Positions 47,507 through 56,808 of a stretch of DNA of 64,000 nt are shown here, piece after piece. The stretch lies in the IMG/VR virus record IMGVR_UViG_3300042691_046823; one strand, given 5' to 3'. The stretch is from a virus. The notes under the pieces were generated by a model. That model worked only from the letters and a program-made list of their open reading frames with translations, searched no databases and was not told where the DNA came from. How positions within the stretch are numbered: the stretch's first letter is position 1; the number at the start of each line of letters is the position of its first letter. Made by a program: the position numbers and the translations under genes.

Positions 47507-47830
47507 TTGTTGTATGAAGCAAGCCGAAAAATGTGCAAGACGCGGGGGCAGCACCCGCCGGCTCCACCAAGAGAGGATTTGACATGGAACTATATACCGA
47601 ACGCGATTGGCAACGTATCGTAGGCTGGGGTATGTGTCCAGAACATCTCAAGATCAAGTCTTCTGTTGATGGGGCCGAACCAGGATCGATTGTGCAAAGA
47701 GTAAGTGAGCAGACAACACGAGAGTCGACTGACGTAATCAGCGAAAAACCATAAACGCCAACGACGACGTTTACGCATTGGCCGCTTGACGGCTTGCTGA
47801 GGTAGGACATACCAAGAAACAGAAAACACC
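47507..47830 (+). ncRNA. ssrA: two-piece circularly permuted tmRNA
   Basis: acceptor piece ends CGGCTCCACCA (47569) upstream of coding piece GGGGCCG (47671); G3-U70; tag ANDDVYALAA* at 47757-47789; outer boundaries approximate. Confidence 0.9.
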
Positions 47831-47852
47831 AGCCCGCCTTGGCGGGCTTTTT
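47831..47852 (+). terminator. intrinsic terminator after tmRNA
   Basis: AGCCCGCC/GGCGGGCT plus T-run. Confidence 0.85.
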
Positions 47853-47869
47853 CAGCAAATTATCACAAC

Positions 47870-48832
47870 ATGAAAAAAATCTTTGTTTCTATTTTGATCA
47901 TCGTGGTCACTTGGCCAGCCTGGGCTTGGACACCACAACGATCCATCACTGTGTATATTGGTTACAGCGCCGGCAGCACAAACGAGCAAGTGTTTCGTAA
48001 AGTCACTGAGATAGTCACAGAAAACAATCCAGATGTCAAGTTCTTGATACAAACACGCCCTGGAGCCGATGGTGTCATAGCACAGAATCACTTGTCTACC
48101 CAGCCCGCTGATGGATACCATATCTCGGTGCCCAGCGTGGTCAGCTTGTTCGTGGCCAATGATATCTGGCAAAAGTCCACTAAAACCTATGACTGGGATA
48201 GTTTCATTAATCTGGCTATCATGGGAGAAACTCCTTCGGCTGTGATAGCCCACATAGACAGCAAGATCAACTCACCCCGTGACTTGGTGACCTATTTCAA
48301 AAATCCACAACGTCCAGTCAACGTGGCTATATCCGGAGGTACAGGACGAATCGCTTACGAATATTTCATGCATGTGATCAGCGGAGATCGTGACAAGATC
48401 CAGCATGTGAACTATCAAAACGCTGGACAGACTGTGTTAGCAGTGGCCAGCAAAGAAGTCGATTACAGTTTCGTACCAGTGACCGCGGCCAGGGCTGCCG
48501 TGGATTCTGGCAAGGTAAAGATAATTGCTGTCACATCCTCGGCTCGCTTGACAGCCCTATCTGAAGTCAGCATCTTGGCAGACGTGTTACCAGGATTTGA
48601 AATCTATTCTGGTTGGTTCGTGACCTTGCCAAAACAAACTGATCCGGCTGCCGTTGCCTGGTATCAGAGAGAATTCAGTCGGGCCATACGTAGCGATAAG
48701 TACAGGCGCTGGGCCGATGCTAATCTTATCATAGTAAACGAGCGGAGATTGGATCCAGTATCTGTGAAATCATATGCCGAAAAAATCAGGCGAGATCTTT
48801 TGCCTGCCACACAAAAAATCCGTCCCGAATAA
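47870..48832 (+). CDS. Bug/TctC substrate-binding protein
   Basis: signal peptide, RPGADG, PADGY, GKVKIIAV; paralog of 30826. Confidence 0.88.
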   Translation: MKKIFVSILIIVVTWPAWAWTPQRSITVYIGYSAGSTNEQVFRKVTEIVTENNPDVKFLIQTRPGADGVIAQNHLSTQPADGYHISVPSVVSLFVANDIWQKSTKTYDWDSFINLAIMGETPSAVIAHIDSKINSPRDLVTYFKNPQRPVNVAISGGTGRIAYEYFMHVISGDRDKIQHVNYQNAGQTVLAVASKEVDYSFVPVTAARAAVDSGKVKIIAVTSSARLTALSEVSILADVLPGFEIYSGWFVTLPKQTDPAAVAWYQREFSRAIRSDKYRRWADANLIIVNERRLDPVSVKSYAEKIRRDLLPATQKIRPE

Positions 48833-48834
48833 TC

Positions 48835-49431
48835 ATGCATACTATAGCCAAACCTTTTTATTATAGCACGCTGCCGAATCTTCCACATCCGCCTGAACGT
48901 TTCGTGGAAGCCATAAGCCTGGATCCCAATGACTTTCCCACTACCAGTCCATTCCATGAAGTACGAGTCCGATTCTGCCGTAGGCAAGGCAAGCAATTCT
49001 TGGCCAGCCCAAGCGTGCGAGCAGAATTGCCCGCAGATCTCCAATCTGAATTTGAACAATGGGTTCGAGACAATATCATCTCAGAATTTGTTCATGCCGG
49101 AGTTAATTACCGCCACTTTAATGCAGATACCGGTGGCATACATACCGATACCAGCCGGCAGTTCAGCCTGACATACAACATCGACAACGGCGGACCCAAC
49201 GCAGGAATAACCTGGTGGCGAGAAAAAAATAAACCTTTGCTAAGAGAATCTGGCGTGCAGATATTGGATTTTGATCTTGTTGATCCTGTCATGGACTTCC
49301 GCGGGTATGAGCAAGGGTGGTTTTTCCATGACGCACGCATCTTACATAGCACCGAAGGCATAGAACGGCCTCGTGTGCAGTTCCAAGTCAGCCTCAATCT
49401 TGATCAGGTGCCTCCACACTGGTTTGATTGA
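48835..49431 (+). CDS. possible 2OG-Fe(II)/cupin-fold oxygenase
   Basis: HTD...H...R spacing (IHTDTSR, LHSTEGIERPR). Confidence 0.5.
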   Translation: MHTIAKPFYYSTLPNLPHPPERFVEAISLDPNDFPTTSPFHEVRVRFCRRQGKQFLASPSVRAELPADLQSEFEQWVRDNIISEFVHAGVNYRHFNADTGGIHTDTSRQFSLTYNIDNGGPNAGITWWREKNKPLLRESGVQILDFDLVDPVMDFRGYEQGWFFHDARILHSTEGIERPRVQFQVSLNLDQVPPHWFD

Positions 49432-49432
49432 C

Positions 49433-50665
49433 ATGTGGCGTGCTGACAATCCTAAGAACAGATTCGGATACTATTCTTCAGGTACGTTTCGTACCTACTC
49501 AAAATTTGAAGCCATGGATCATGCCATGGCACACGGTGGCAGTATCAAATGGCACTTCAACGAAGATTCATTTTCTCAAGTTCCGTGGACCCAAGAGCCG
49601 TCACAGTCTTTAGAAACCCTGTACAGGATAAGAGCACAGCAGATCCGAGACCGGTATGATTATGTAGTCTTGATGTACAGCGGAGGCATTGACAGTACAA
49701 ACATGGTCCGGGTGTTTTTTGAAAACAACATCCTGCCGGATGAAATTTGTAGCGTACATGAGCATCAAGGTACCGACGACAAACATGCCTTCCTGACAGG
49801 GGAAATATTCCATTCAGCCTTGCCTTATGTAAATGCCAATGTGGGATCGCGCCATCATACCAAACTGCGCATAGTAGACAGTGCCCGGGCACAGTACCAA
49901 GCAGTAGAGTCTCTCACGCCAGACTCGATCACTGCTACCATGTATCACTGGAACGTAGCACACAATTTAGGCAATCTGGCCAGATTTGATGTAAGGCGCC
50001 TGGTTCCTGAGTACAAATATATCATAGATTCAGGTCGCAGCCTATGCCTGGTCTGGGCTGAATGCAAACCACGCATAGATTACAACAGCACCACAGGCCG
50101 TCATCAAGTGCATTTTAATGAATCGGGGTTTGACATGATCTGTAACGCATATCATCAAGACACCGCGGATCCCACACGGCATGATGAATTGTTTTATACC
50201 ACACCGGACATGCCCGAGATAGTGGCCAAACAGTGCCATGTCTTGCTGGATCTCATGCGTAATCCTGTGACGTTCTCTGATATCATGACCAACAAAAGCA
50301 TAGCAGACCAGCCCATTGACAGTCCACATGCCCCGGGATTCAAGATAGACAATCCTCTTTCAAGCATGATAGTAACCTATAGAAATCGACAATGGTGGTG
50401 CATGAAACCTGCGGTAGTTAACCAGACTATCTACGCTGGTACAGATCCTGTGATTTACAATCAAGGCAAAAACGTAGATCGCCTCATACATCCCAGAGAT
50501 CAATGGATAAGAGACAAACTGCCCGCACACAGTCGACAATTCTACACTGAGTTTGCCAGATTCGCCAAACGATATAAACCCGTCTTGGGTAACGTGGACA
50601 GAAATCAAAGATTCGGTTTGGTAAAGACCAGCAATGGATACGACTTAGAATCAGTGATCCCTTGA
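49433..50665 (+). CDS. PP-loop (adenine nucleotide alpha-hydrolase) protein
   Basis: RAQQIRDRYDYVVLMYSGGIDS, VAKQCH; paralog of 40701. Confidence 0.7.
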   Translation: MWRADNPKNRFGYYSSGTFRTYSKFEAMDHAMAHGGSIKWHFNEDSFSQVPWTQEPSQSLETLYRIRAQQIRDRYDYVVLMYSGGIDSTNMVRVFFENNILPDEICSVHEHQGTDDKHAFLTGEIFHSALPYVNANVGSRHHTKLRIVDSARAQYQAVESLTPDSITATMYHWNVAHNLGNLARFDVRRLVPEYKYIIDSGRSLCLVWAECKPRIDYNSTTGRHQVHFNESGFDMICNAYHQDTADPTRHDELFYTTPDMPEIVAKQCHVLLDLMRNPVTFSDIMTNKSIADQPIDSPHAPGFKIDNPLSSMIVTYRNRQWWCMKPAVVNQTIYAGTDPVIYNQGKNVDRLIHPRDQWIRDKLPAHSRQFYTEFARFAKRYKPVLGNVDRNQRFGLVKTSNGYDLESVIP

Positions 50666-50804
50666 AAATCTAAGCACTGTATACAGGTTGACCAAAAATT
50701 CTCGTTGTCGTAACATAAGCACAATGAAGAACATACTCCACTCCCGGCAGTCAACCAGGGTTGTTAATCACGTAAATCCTAAGCCCGGGATCATGGTTGA
50801 CGTA

Positions 50805-50868
50805 GGTAAGTGCTTGCTAACCACTTGTTTTTAGGGTGGTTGACCAGAAATTGCCATTTTGCTATACT
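50805..50868 (+). promoter_or_regulatory. degenerate palindrome plus sigma70-like promoter
   Basis: GGTAAGTGCTTGCTAACC; TTGACC(50840)-N17-TATACT. Confidence 0.7.
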
Positions 50869-50900
50869 ATTGATATCATAACACACATAGGAGCCCTACT

Positions 50901-51152
50901 ATGAAAAATCTTAAATCTTACGTGGAACAGAAAAACCGTTGGAACGCTATCTTTGGTGGCCGACCATTGGTCATTGGCCCGGACAATCAAAAGATCGCCA
51001 ACATGATCGACTCCGAGTTGTCTCCCGAAAATCTCACCTGTGATGGTGAACTCAGTCGCACCGAAGTCAACCGTCGCTATCGCCAACTCACTACCGCGGC
51101 CAGCGAACTGCAGAAGTTAGATCCCAGCGTCAAGTTCTACGAATTCGCCTAA
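50901..51152 (+). CDS. hypothetical phage protein
   Basis: AGGAG SD; LSPENLTCDGE. Confidence 0.75.
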   Translation: MKNLKSYVEQKNRWNAIFGGRPLVIGPDNQKIANMIDSELSPENLTCDGELSRTEVNRRYRQLTTAASELQKLDPSVKFYEFA

Positions 51153-51161
51153 GGACCAGCC

Positions 51162-51485
51162 ATGCAGAGCCGAGACTTAGACACCCAGCAGGCCCCGAAT
51201 CGGTGGTGGGCATCAAGAGACGCCCGGATGCGGAACATTGTAATGGCATCCACCTGGGATCAATCTAAACTGATCCAGGCCGAATCCATGAAGCAGGTGT
51301 TGCCCTTGGTTTATGCCTGCCGCGAAGTATATGTGAACCCGCGCCAGAAGTTTATCACCATCAAGGTAGAAAATGGTCGTGTACGTGATCAACGCAATCT
51401 TGATCTGCTGGAGGCCGAGTGGGAAGCCAAAGGAATCAAAAAGTGCGAGTCTGCGCAGGGAGTCATCTATCGCATACCACGATAG
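51162..51485 (+). CDS. hypothetical protein
   Basis: AAGGA SD. Confidence 0.65.
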   Translation: MQSRDLDTQQAPNRWWASRDARMRNIVMASTWDQSKLIQAESMKQVLPLVYACREVYVNPRQKFITIKVENGRVRDQRNLDLLEAEWEAKGIKKCESAQGVIYRIPR

Positions 51486-51551
51486 GTTGACCAATAATAC
51501 CAATATCTTTTACAATAGTATTTCAATAATTAAACAAGAAAGGCATAGCCC

Positions 51552-52643
51552 ATGTCAGTAGAAAACCGCACCGTTACCGCGATTGGTGCTCGCAAAGCAG
51601 TCAAGAAGTGCTTTAACAAAAAACGCCCCATGTTCCTGTGGGGTCCTCCCGGAATCGGTAAATCCGAGGTAGTGGCCGATATCACCCGTGAACTGGGAGG
51701 CTTCATGATCGACCTGCGCCTGGGCCAGATGGATCCCACAGACATCCGTGGCATTCCGTTCTATAACAAAGAATTGGGCAAGATGGACTGGGCACCGCCC
51801 ATCGACTTGCCCGATGCGGAACTGGCCAGCCAGTATCCCGTGATCGTGCTATTCATGGACGAGATGAATTCTGCGGCGCCCGCAGTACAGGCCGCGGCCT
51901 ATCAGTTGGTGTTGAACCGACGCATCGGCAAATATGTCATGCCCGACAATGTGGTCATGATTGCCGCAGGTAACCGTGAGAGCGACAAAGGTGTTACCTA
52001 TCGCATGCCCACGCCCTTGGCCAACCGCTTCGTTCACATCGAGATGCGCCCTGACTTTGCAGTATGGCAAGAGTGGGCCGTGCTCAACGGCATCCACAAG
52101 GATGTAGTGGGTTATCTCAGTTTCGCCAAGCAGGATTTATATGACTTTGATGCCAAGAGTTCCAGCCGTGCATTCGCTACACCACGCTCTTGGACCTTTG
52201 TCAGCGAACTGCTCGAAGATGAAGATCTCGACGACGCTTCGGCCACTGATCTTATCGCAGGCACTGTGGGCGAAGGCCTGGCAGTGAAGTTCCAAGCACA
52301 TCGCAAGATCGCAGGCAAATTACCCAAGCCCGAAGACATCTTGTCAGGCAAGGAAAAAGACCTGGCAGTGAAAGAAGTGTCGGCCATGTACAGCCTGGTG
52401 ATTAGCCTGTGCTATGAACTCAAAGATGCCTTGGAAGTCCGCAAGGTCAAAGATTCGGAGTTCCATGGCATGGCCGATAACTTCTTCGCTTACATGATGA
52501 AGAACTTCGAGACTGAACTGGTGGTCATGGGTGCCCGTATTGCACTTACCACCTACAACTTACCGTTCCAGCCTACCAAGTTGAAGAACTTCGACGAGTT
52601 CCATCAGCGTTATGGCAAGTACATCTTGCAAGCCAACTCCTAA
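51552..52643 (+). CDS. MoxR-like AAA+ ATPase
   Basis: GPPGIGKS, LFMDEMN, AAGNR, LANRF; own promoter at 51487-51516. Confidence 0.9.
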   Translation: MSVENRTVTAIGARKAVKKCFNKKRPMFLWGPPGIGKSEVVADITRELGGFMIDLRLGQMDPTDIRGIPFYNKELGKMDWAPPIDLPDAELASQYPVIVLFMDEMNSAAPAVQAAAYQLVLNRRIGKYVMPDNVVMIAAGNRESDKGVTYRMPTPLANRFVHIEMRPDFAVWQEWAVLNGIHKDVVGYLSFAKQDLYDFDAKSSSRAFATPRSWTFVSELLEDEDLDDASATDLIAGTVGEGLAVKFQAHRKIAGKLPKPEDILSGKEKDLAVKEVSAMYSLVISLCYELKDALEVRKVKDSEFHGMADNFFAYMMKNFETELVVMGARIALTTYNLPFQPTKLKNFDEFHQRYGKYILQANS

Positions 52644-52669
52644 GAGCCAACAGGGCGAGGTCTATCGCG

Positions 52670-52936
52670 ATGAGCGAACATAGGGCTATGTCTGACCTCG
52701 CCCTTCCCATCTTCCAGCAACCACCCATACGGGTGGTTTTTCGTCCTTACGATCATGACGCTGTGCAGACCATGCTCCGACAGGTGGCAAGTGATTTTGG
52801 GCGTCCCAGCGATCGTTGGAAATATCGTAGTCCCGACCCATTAGAAGCGGCTGATGAACCCAACGCATGGCAGTTGGATTTCTACTTTGCTGATGCACAT
52901 GATGCCATGATATTCAGCCTTAAATATCAGCGATGA
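52670..52936 (+). CDS. small protein of the F-x-L-R/K-W/Y family
   Basis: ends FADAHDAMIFSLKY. Confidence 0.6.
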   Translation: MSEHRAMSDLALPIFQQPPIRVVFRPYDHDAVQTMLRQVASDFGRPSDRWKYRSPDPLEAADEPNAWQLDFYFADAHDAMIFSLKYQR

Positions 52937-53310
52937 AATACGAAATAGTGAAATTGGATGGTCGTTTTACCTACCGCGACTTGTTTGGGTACTGCATCAA
53001 GTTCTCAAATCGCATGGCTGTAGATAATGGTCCACTCAAGTTCAATGATGCCATGCGATGGTTCACAGACACCTATGGCTGGAGTGCCGAGATCCGTGAC
53101 TACTCTAAAATGCACAAATGGACCCGCCAGGCCACACAATGGATGGGTTCTCCGCGGCTCCAAGCGGCATCAGGTTTGTTAGAAGAAGTGCCTGATCATT
53201 GCAACCCACATTGGTCCTGGACTAATGGCTACGACGATCTCCGAATCTATGTGGCCACAGATCGAGAACTGAATTTTTTCCAGCTGAGATGGCCTAATCA
53301 AAACTCATGA
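52933..53310 (+). CDS. small protein of the F-x-L-R/K-W family
   Basis: ends ELNFFQLRWP. Confidence 0.65.
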   Translation: MKYEIVKLDGRFTYRDLFGYCIKFSNRMAVDNGPLKFNDAMRWFTDTYGWSAEIRDYSKMHKWTRQATQWMGSPRLQAASGLLEEVPDHCNPHWSWTNGYDDLRIYVATDRELNFFQLRWPNQNS

Positions 53311-53984
53311 TAATAATCATAGGCGATTCTTGGGGAGTAGGTGAGTGGGATCGATGCTGTAATCTCGGTGGACCGAGATTTGGCCAATACTTGATGTTGC
53401 ACGATCAGGTATGTAATCTCAGCCTGGGTGCAGGTAGTAATACCGATTCCCTGGATCGTCTATCCCAATTTTTAAAAAAATTCAAGGCAGACCAGTACGA
53501 TACCATATATTGGATCGTGACCTGTCCCAGTAGAGATATAGATATTGACCAGTGCCTGCCAGATTCTGAATCATTGAAACAAAAACTGATTGATTATTTG
53601 TTTCAATCTCTGGATACCGCACAAAAACTTGCCGACCATCATGGTGTGAGGATCAACTTGATAGGTGGATTGTGCGATTTAAATGTGATAGATATTTCTA
53701 AATATGAACATCTCGATGTAAGTGTAGCGAGTTGGGGACAGTTGTTGGACCAACAATACAGCATCGGTTTATTTTATCCTGGATCCTGGACAGACATCGG
53801 GCTGACAATAAAAACACAATACCCGCATCATTTGGATGACTGGAATGACATCGCAGACATGGTAATCGCAAAAAATCAAAGTTGGAATAAAATTTTCCAT
53901 ACCGACGGATCACATCCAGATCGCACTGGTCATAAGATTTTACATAACTATCTTTATCCCGAATGGGCATGGAAACTGGGATGA
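53307..53984 (+). CDS. SGNH hydrolase-like protein
   Basis: GDSW, GSN, DGSHP. Confidence 0.65.
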   Translation: MIIIIGDSWGVGEWDRCCNLGGPRFGQYLMLHDQVCNLSLGAGSNTDSLDRLSQFLKKFKADQYDTIYWIVTCPSRDIDIDQCLPDSESLKQKLIDYLFQSLDTAQKLADHHGVRINLIGGLCDLNVIDISKYEHLDVSVASWGQLLDQQYSIGLFYPGSWTDIGLTIKTQYPHHLDDWNDIADMVIAKNQSWNKIFHTDGSHPDRTGHKILHNYLYPEWAWKLG

Positions 53985-54229
53985 GCAACGATCTCTACCG
54001 AGACCGCGACTCAAGACTGGACACCATAGTAGGTGATAATAAATCTTACTTCGCCATGTTGGGTCGTATCATGTTTACCAGTGAAAGTACTGATATGGTG
54101 TTCCAAGACTGGTGCGAAACCCAGCACGGGTTCCGCCCTATATACGACGAGAATGGAGCAATAACTGGAAAACCGGAGATCACAGACCCCCAGAAATACA
54201 CCTTGTGCGTGCTGAAATATGGCGGTTGA
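53981..54229 (+). CDS. hypothetical protein
   Basis: ATGA coupling; ends YTLCVLKYGG. Confidence 0.6.
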   Translation: MSNDLYRDRDSRLDTIVGDNKSYFAMLGRIMFTSESTDMVFQDWCETQHGFRPIYDENGAITGKPEITDPQKYTLCVLKYGG

Positions 54230-54277
54230 CCAGAAATGCCCATTTTGCTATAATATAGATATAATCAAGGAGCGACT

Positions 54278-55567
54278 ATGACAGCACAAGCCACAGCCAC
54301 AGTAGATTCAGCCAACAAAGACGACGCCAAAAGATTCGCTGAACTTATCGGTCCCATGGATCCCAAAGTAGATCGCGAAGTGCGCGAGATGCTGGTCACT
54401 GCCCGTGTGGGAATGTTACTCCGGGCCAGTTTCTTTGGCAATCTGGCCACCCGTCTTAAACTGGTCAACGCCGATGAATGGTGTGCCACCGCCGCCACAG
54501 ACGGCAGGAACTTCTATTACAACAGCCGATTCATCAAGATGCTCAAGCCCAAAGAGATCGAGTTCTTGTTTGGTCACGAGGTACTCCACTGTGTGTATGA
54601 TCACTTTGGACGCCGTGGCAATCGTGATCCTCAGTTATTCAACATCGCCAATGACTACTGTGTCAATGCCGACTTGAAAAAACATCGTGTGGGCGAATTC
54701 ATCACTTCAGTGCCTTGCTTATATGACAGCAAGTTCGAAGGCAAATCGTCAGAAGAGATCTATGACTACCTATACGAGAATGCTGAAAAGATCAATATCA
54801 ATGATTTGATCGATCGCATCTTAGACGAGCACATGGATGGCGATGACGGTGATGGCTCTGGCTCCGGGCAAGATGAAGGCAAGGGCAAAGGTCGTCCCAA
54901 GTTGAGCCAAGAAGAGCGTGACAAGATTCGCGACGAGATCAAAGAAGCCATGCTGTCAGCCGCACAGACCTGCGATGCTGGTAACTTGCCTTTGGGTGTC
55001 AAGCGACTGATCCAGCAACTCACCGAACCCAAAATGAACTGGCGCGAACTGCTCCGCATGCAGTTAGAGAGCACTATCAAGTCAGACTACACTTGGCTCA
55101 GATCCAGCCGCAAGGGTTGGCATGTAGATGCTGTGATGCCTGGCATGAAGACCACAGACGCCATTGACATCGCAGTGGCCATAGACACATCGGGTTCGAT
55201 CTCAGACAAACAGGCCCGAGACTTCCTCAGCGAGATCCGTGGCATCATGGAGTCGTTCGATTCCTACAAGATCCATGTGTTCACCTTCGATACCAAATGC
55301 TACAATCCGCAGATTTATACTTCGGACAATTTAGAAGACATCGAAGACTACGATATCCAAGGCGGTGGCGGTACTGACTTCGAAGCAATCTTTGAGTTCA
55401 TGAAAGCCGAAGACATTGAGCCACGAAAACTGGTGGTGTTCACTGATGGGTATCCGTTTGGATCCTGGGGTGATCCCAACTACTGTGACACAGTATGGAT
55501 CATTCATGGCAATAAACAGCCTGACCCGCCGTTTGGTGTCTGGGCCGAGTACGGCGAGCAAGACTAA
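54278..55567 (+). CDS. metallopeptidase-like plus VWA domain protein (DUF2201-type MoxR partner)
   Basis: TAATDG, HEVLH, MIDAS DTSGS, GGGGTDF, TDG; promoter at 54226-54254. Confidence 0.88.
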   Translation: MTAQATATVDSANKDDAKRFAELIGPMDPKVDREVREMLVTARVGMLLRASFFGNLATRLKLVNADEWCATAATDGRNFYYNSRFIKMLKPKEIEFLFGHEVLHCVYDHFGRRGNRDPQLFNIANDYCVNADLKKHRVGEFITSVPCLYDSKFEGKSSEEIYDYLYENAEKININDLIDRILDEHMDGDDGDGSGSGQDEGKGKGRPKLSQEERDKIRDEIKEAMLSAAQTCDAGNLPLGVKRLIQQLTEPKMNWRELLRMQLESTIKSDYTWLRSSRKGWHVDAVMPGMKTTDAIDIAVAIDTSGSISDKQARDFLSEIRGIMESFDSYKIHVFTFDTKCYNPQIYTSDNLEDIEDYDIQGGGGTDFEAIFEFMKAEDIEPRKLVVFTDGYPFGSWGDPNYCDTVWIIHGNKQPDPPFGVWAEYGEQD

Positions 55568-55583
55568 TTTAGCCAAAACCCGC

Positions 55584-55618
55584 AAAAACCCCGGTCATTT
55601 ACGTGGCCGGGGTTTTTT
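55584..55618 (+). terminator. intrinsic terminator
   Basis: CCCCGGTCA/TGGCCGGGG flanked by A and T runs. Confidence 0.85.
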
Positions 55619-55636
55619 GTTGACGTAAATATCTAC

Positions 55637-55843
55637 ATGAGTGAGTCTGCCCAGCCTTTGTCTTTAAACGATCTTATCGTGGTCAAAAACATGATAGAAT
55701 TGGCCTGTCAACGTGGTACTTGGCAAGCCGGTGAAATGCGCACGGTTGGTGAGATATATGACAAACTATCCGCCTTCCTCGACTACATTGTTCAACAAGC
55801 CGAGCAGGCTCCACAAACAACCCAAGGAGAAACAAATGCTTAA
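55637..55843 (+). CDS. hypothetical protein
   Basis: TAAATA upstream; LSLNDL..RG..E..VG.YDKL. Confidence 0.7.
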   Translation: MSESAQPLSLNDLIVVKNMIELACQRGTWQAGEMRTVGEIYDKLSAFLDYIVQQAEQAPQTTQGETNA

Positions 55844-56516
55844 ACACATCGGCAAACAACAAGATCGCAAGGTAGCGATCGTGTTCCGTGAAGTGCCGGG
55901 CGAGGAGCACATGGCTCTGGTCATCTATCCAGATATCTTGCCTGTACACATGCATGACACCATCATGAAAGTGCTGGAATCAGAGGTAGGACAACAAGCA
56001 GAAAATTTCGGCGATGCTTTGTTCCGCAGTCTATTGCCAGATGGACGTCCTATTTTGACAACCTTGCATCAAGAAGGCATGATCAAAAAAGTACAGACCA
56101 AGAACATCACTGTGACACCCACTGCTACCAGCCATGTCAAACTGGATGAGATGAATGCTATCCTGCGTGAAATGAAGATGGGAGAAGATGCGGTCAAGCG
56201 CCTGGCAGAATTAGATAGTCAGCGTGGTATGACTGGCGCTGTGCGACGCAAAGATGATTTTGGTCGCGAAGTAGGCGCACCCAATGATCGGTTGCGCGGC
56301 GCACAAGTGGCAGGCAGTGATGCGGCCAAAGCACTGGATGACCGAAGCATTGCTGGTGACCTCATGGCTCAAGCTCAAAAGATGGAGCGTGAAGCCAAAG
56401 GCCTGATCGCAGAAGCCGCGAGATTGGCCAAAGAGGCAGCAGCTTTGGCGGGTGGCGACGGTGCCAGACCCAAGGCAGGTAGACCCAAAAAGGTCAAGTC
56501 TGCCGATGCAGCTTGA
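55836..56516 (+). CDS. hypothetical protein
   Basis: AAGGAG SD; basic C-terminal GRPKK. Confidence 0.7.
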   Translation: MLKHIGKQQDRKVAIVFREVPGEEHMALVIYPDILPVHMHDTIMKVLESEVGQQAENFGDALFRSLLPDGRPILTTLHQEGMIKKVQTKNITVTPTATSHVKLDEMNAILREMKMGEDAVKRLAELDSQRGMTGAVRRKDDFGREVGAPNDRLRGAQVAGSDAAKALDDRSIAGDLMAQAQKMEREAKGLIAEAARLAKEAAALAGGDGARPKAGRPKKVKSADAA

Positions 56517-56808
56517 TCACGACTTCCAAAAAAGATGGGAACAGATAGTCAACGATGTTGACAAAGATCATATTCCCATCCATTGTGTAAAAAAGGTGGT
56601 GTTCAAAACCACCGACCGGCGGCAGCGCAGTATCAACATCCGCAATTTGCGCAAGCAAGGCATAGATGAGGACAGCATAGAAAAATGTGTGAGCAGTTTC
56701 ATTGCCCAGCATGAAGAGACCATACTCAGCATGGAACTGGTCTTAGATGTAGAAGCCATTGCCGGTATCGTCCAACCCGAAACTGACAAATTGTTGAAAG
56801 GCATGTGA
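56506..56808 (+). CDS. hypothetical protein
   Basis: ORF in operon. Confidence 0.65.
   Translation: MQLDHDFQKRWEQIVNDVDKDHIPIHCVKKVVFKTTDRRQRSINIRNLRKQGIDEDSIEKCVSSFIAQHEETILSMELVLDVEAIAGIVQPETDKLLKGM

Noticed and set aside
52652-52704. Hammerhead ribozyme
   Set aside because: Has GATGA and GAAC...GTC fragments but no CUGANGA, no GAAA and no stem II.
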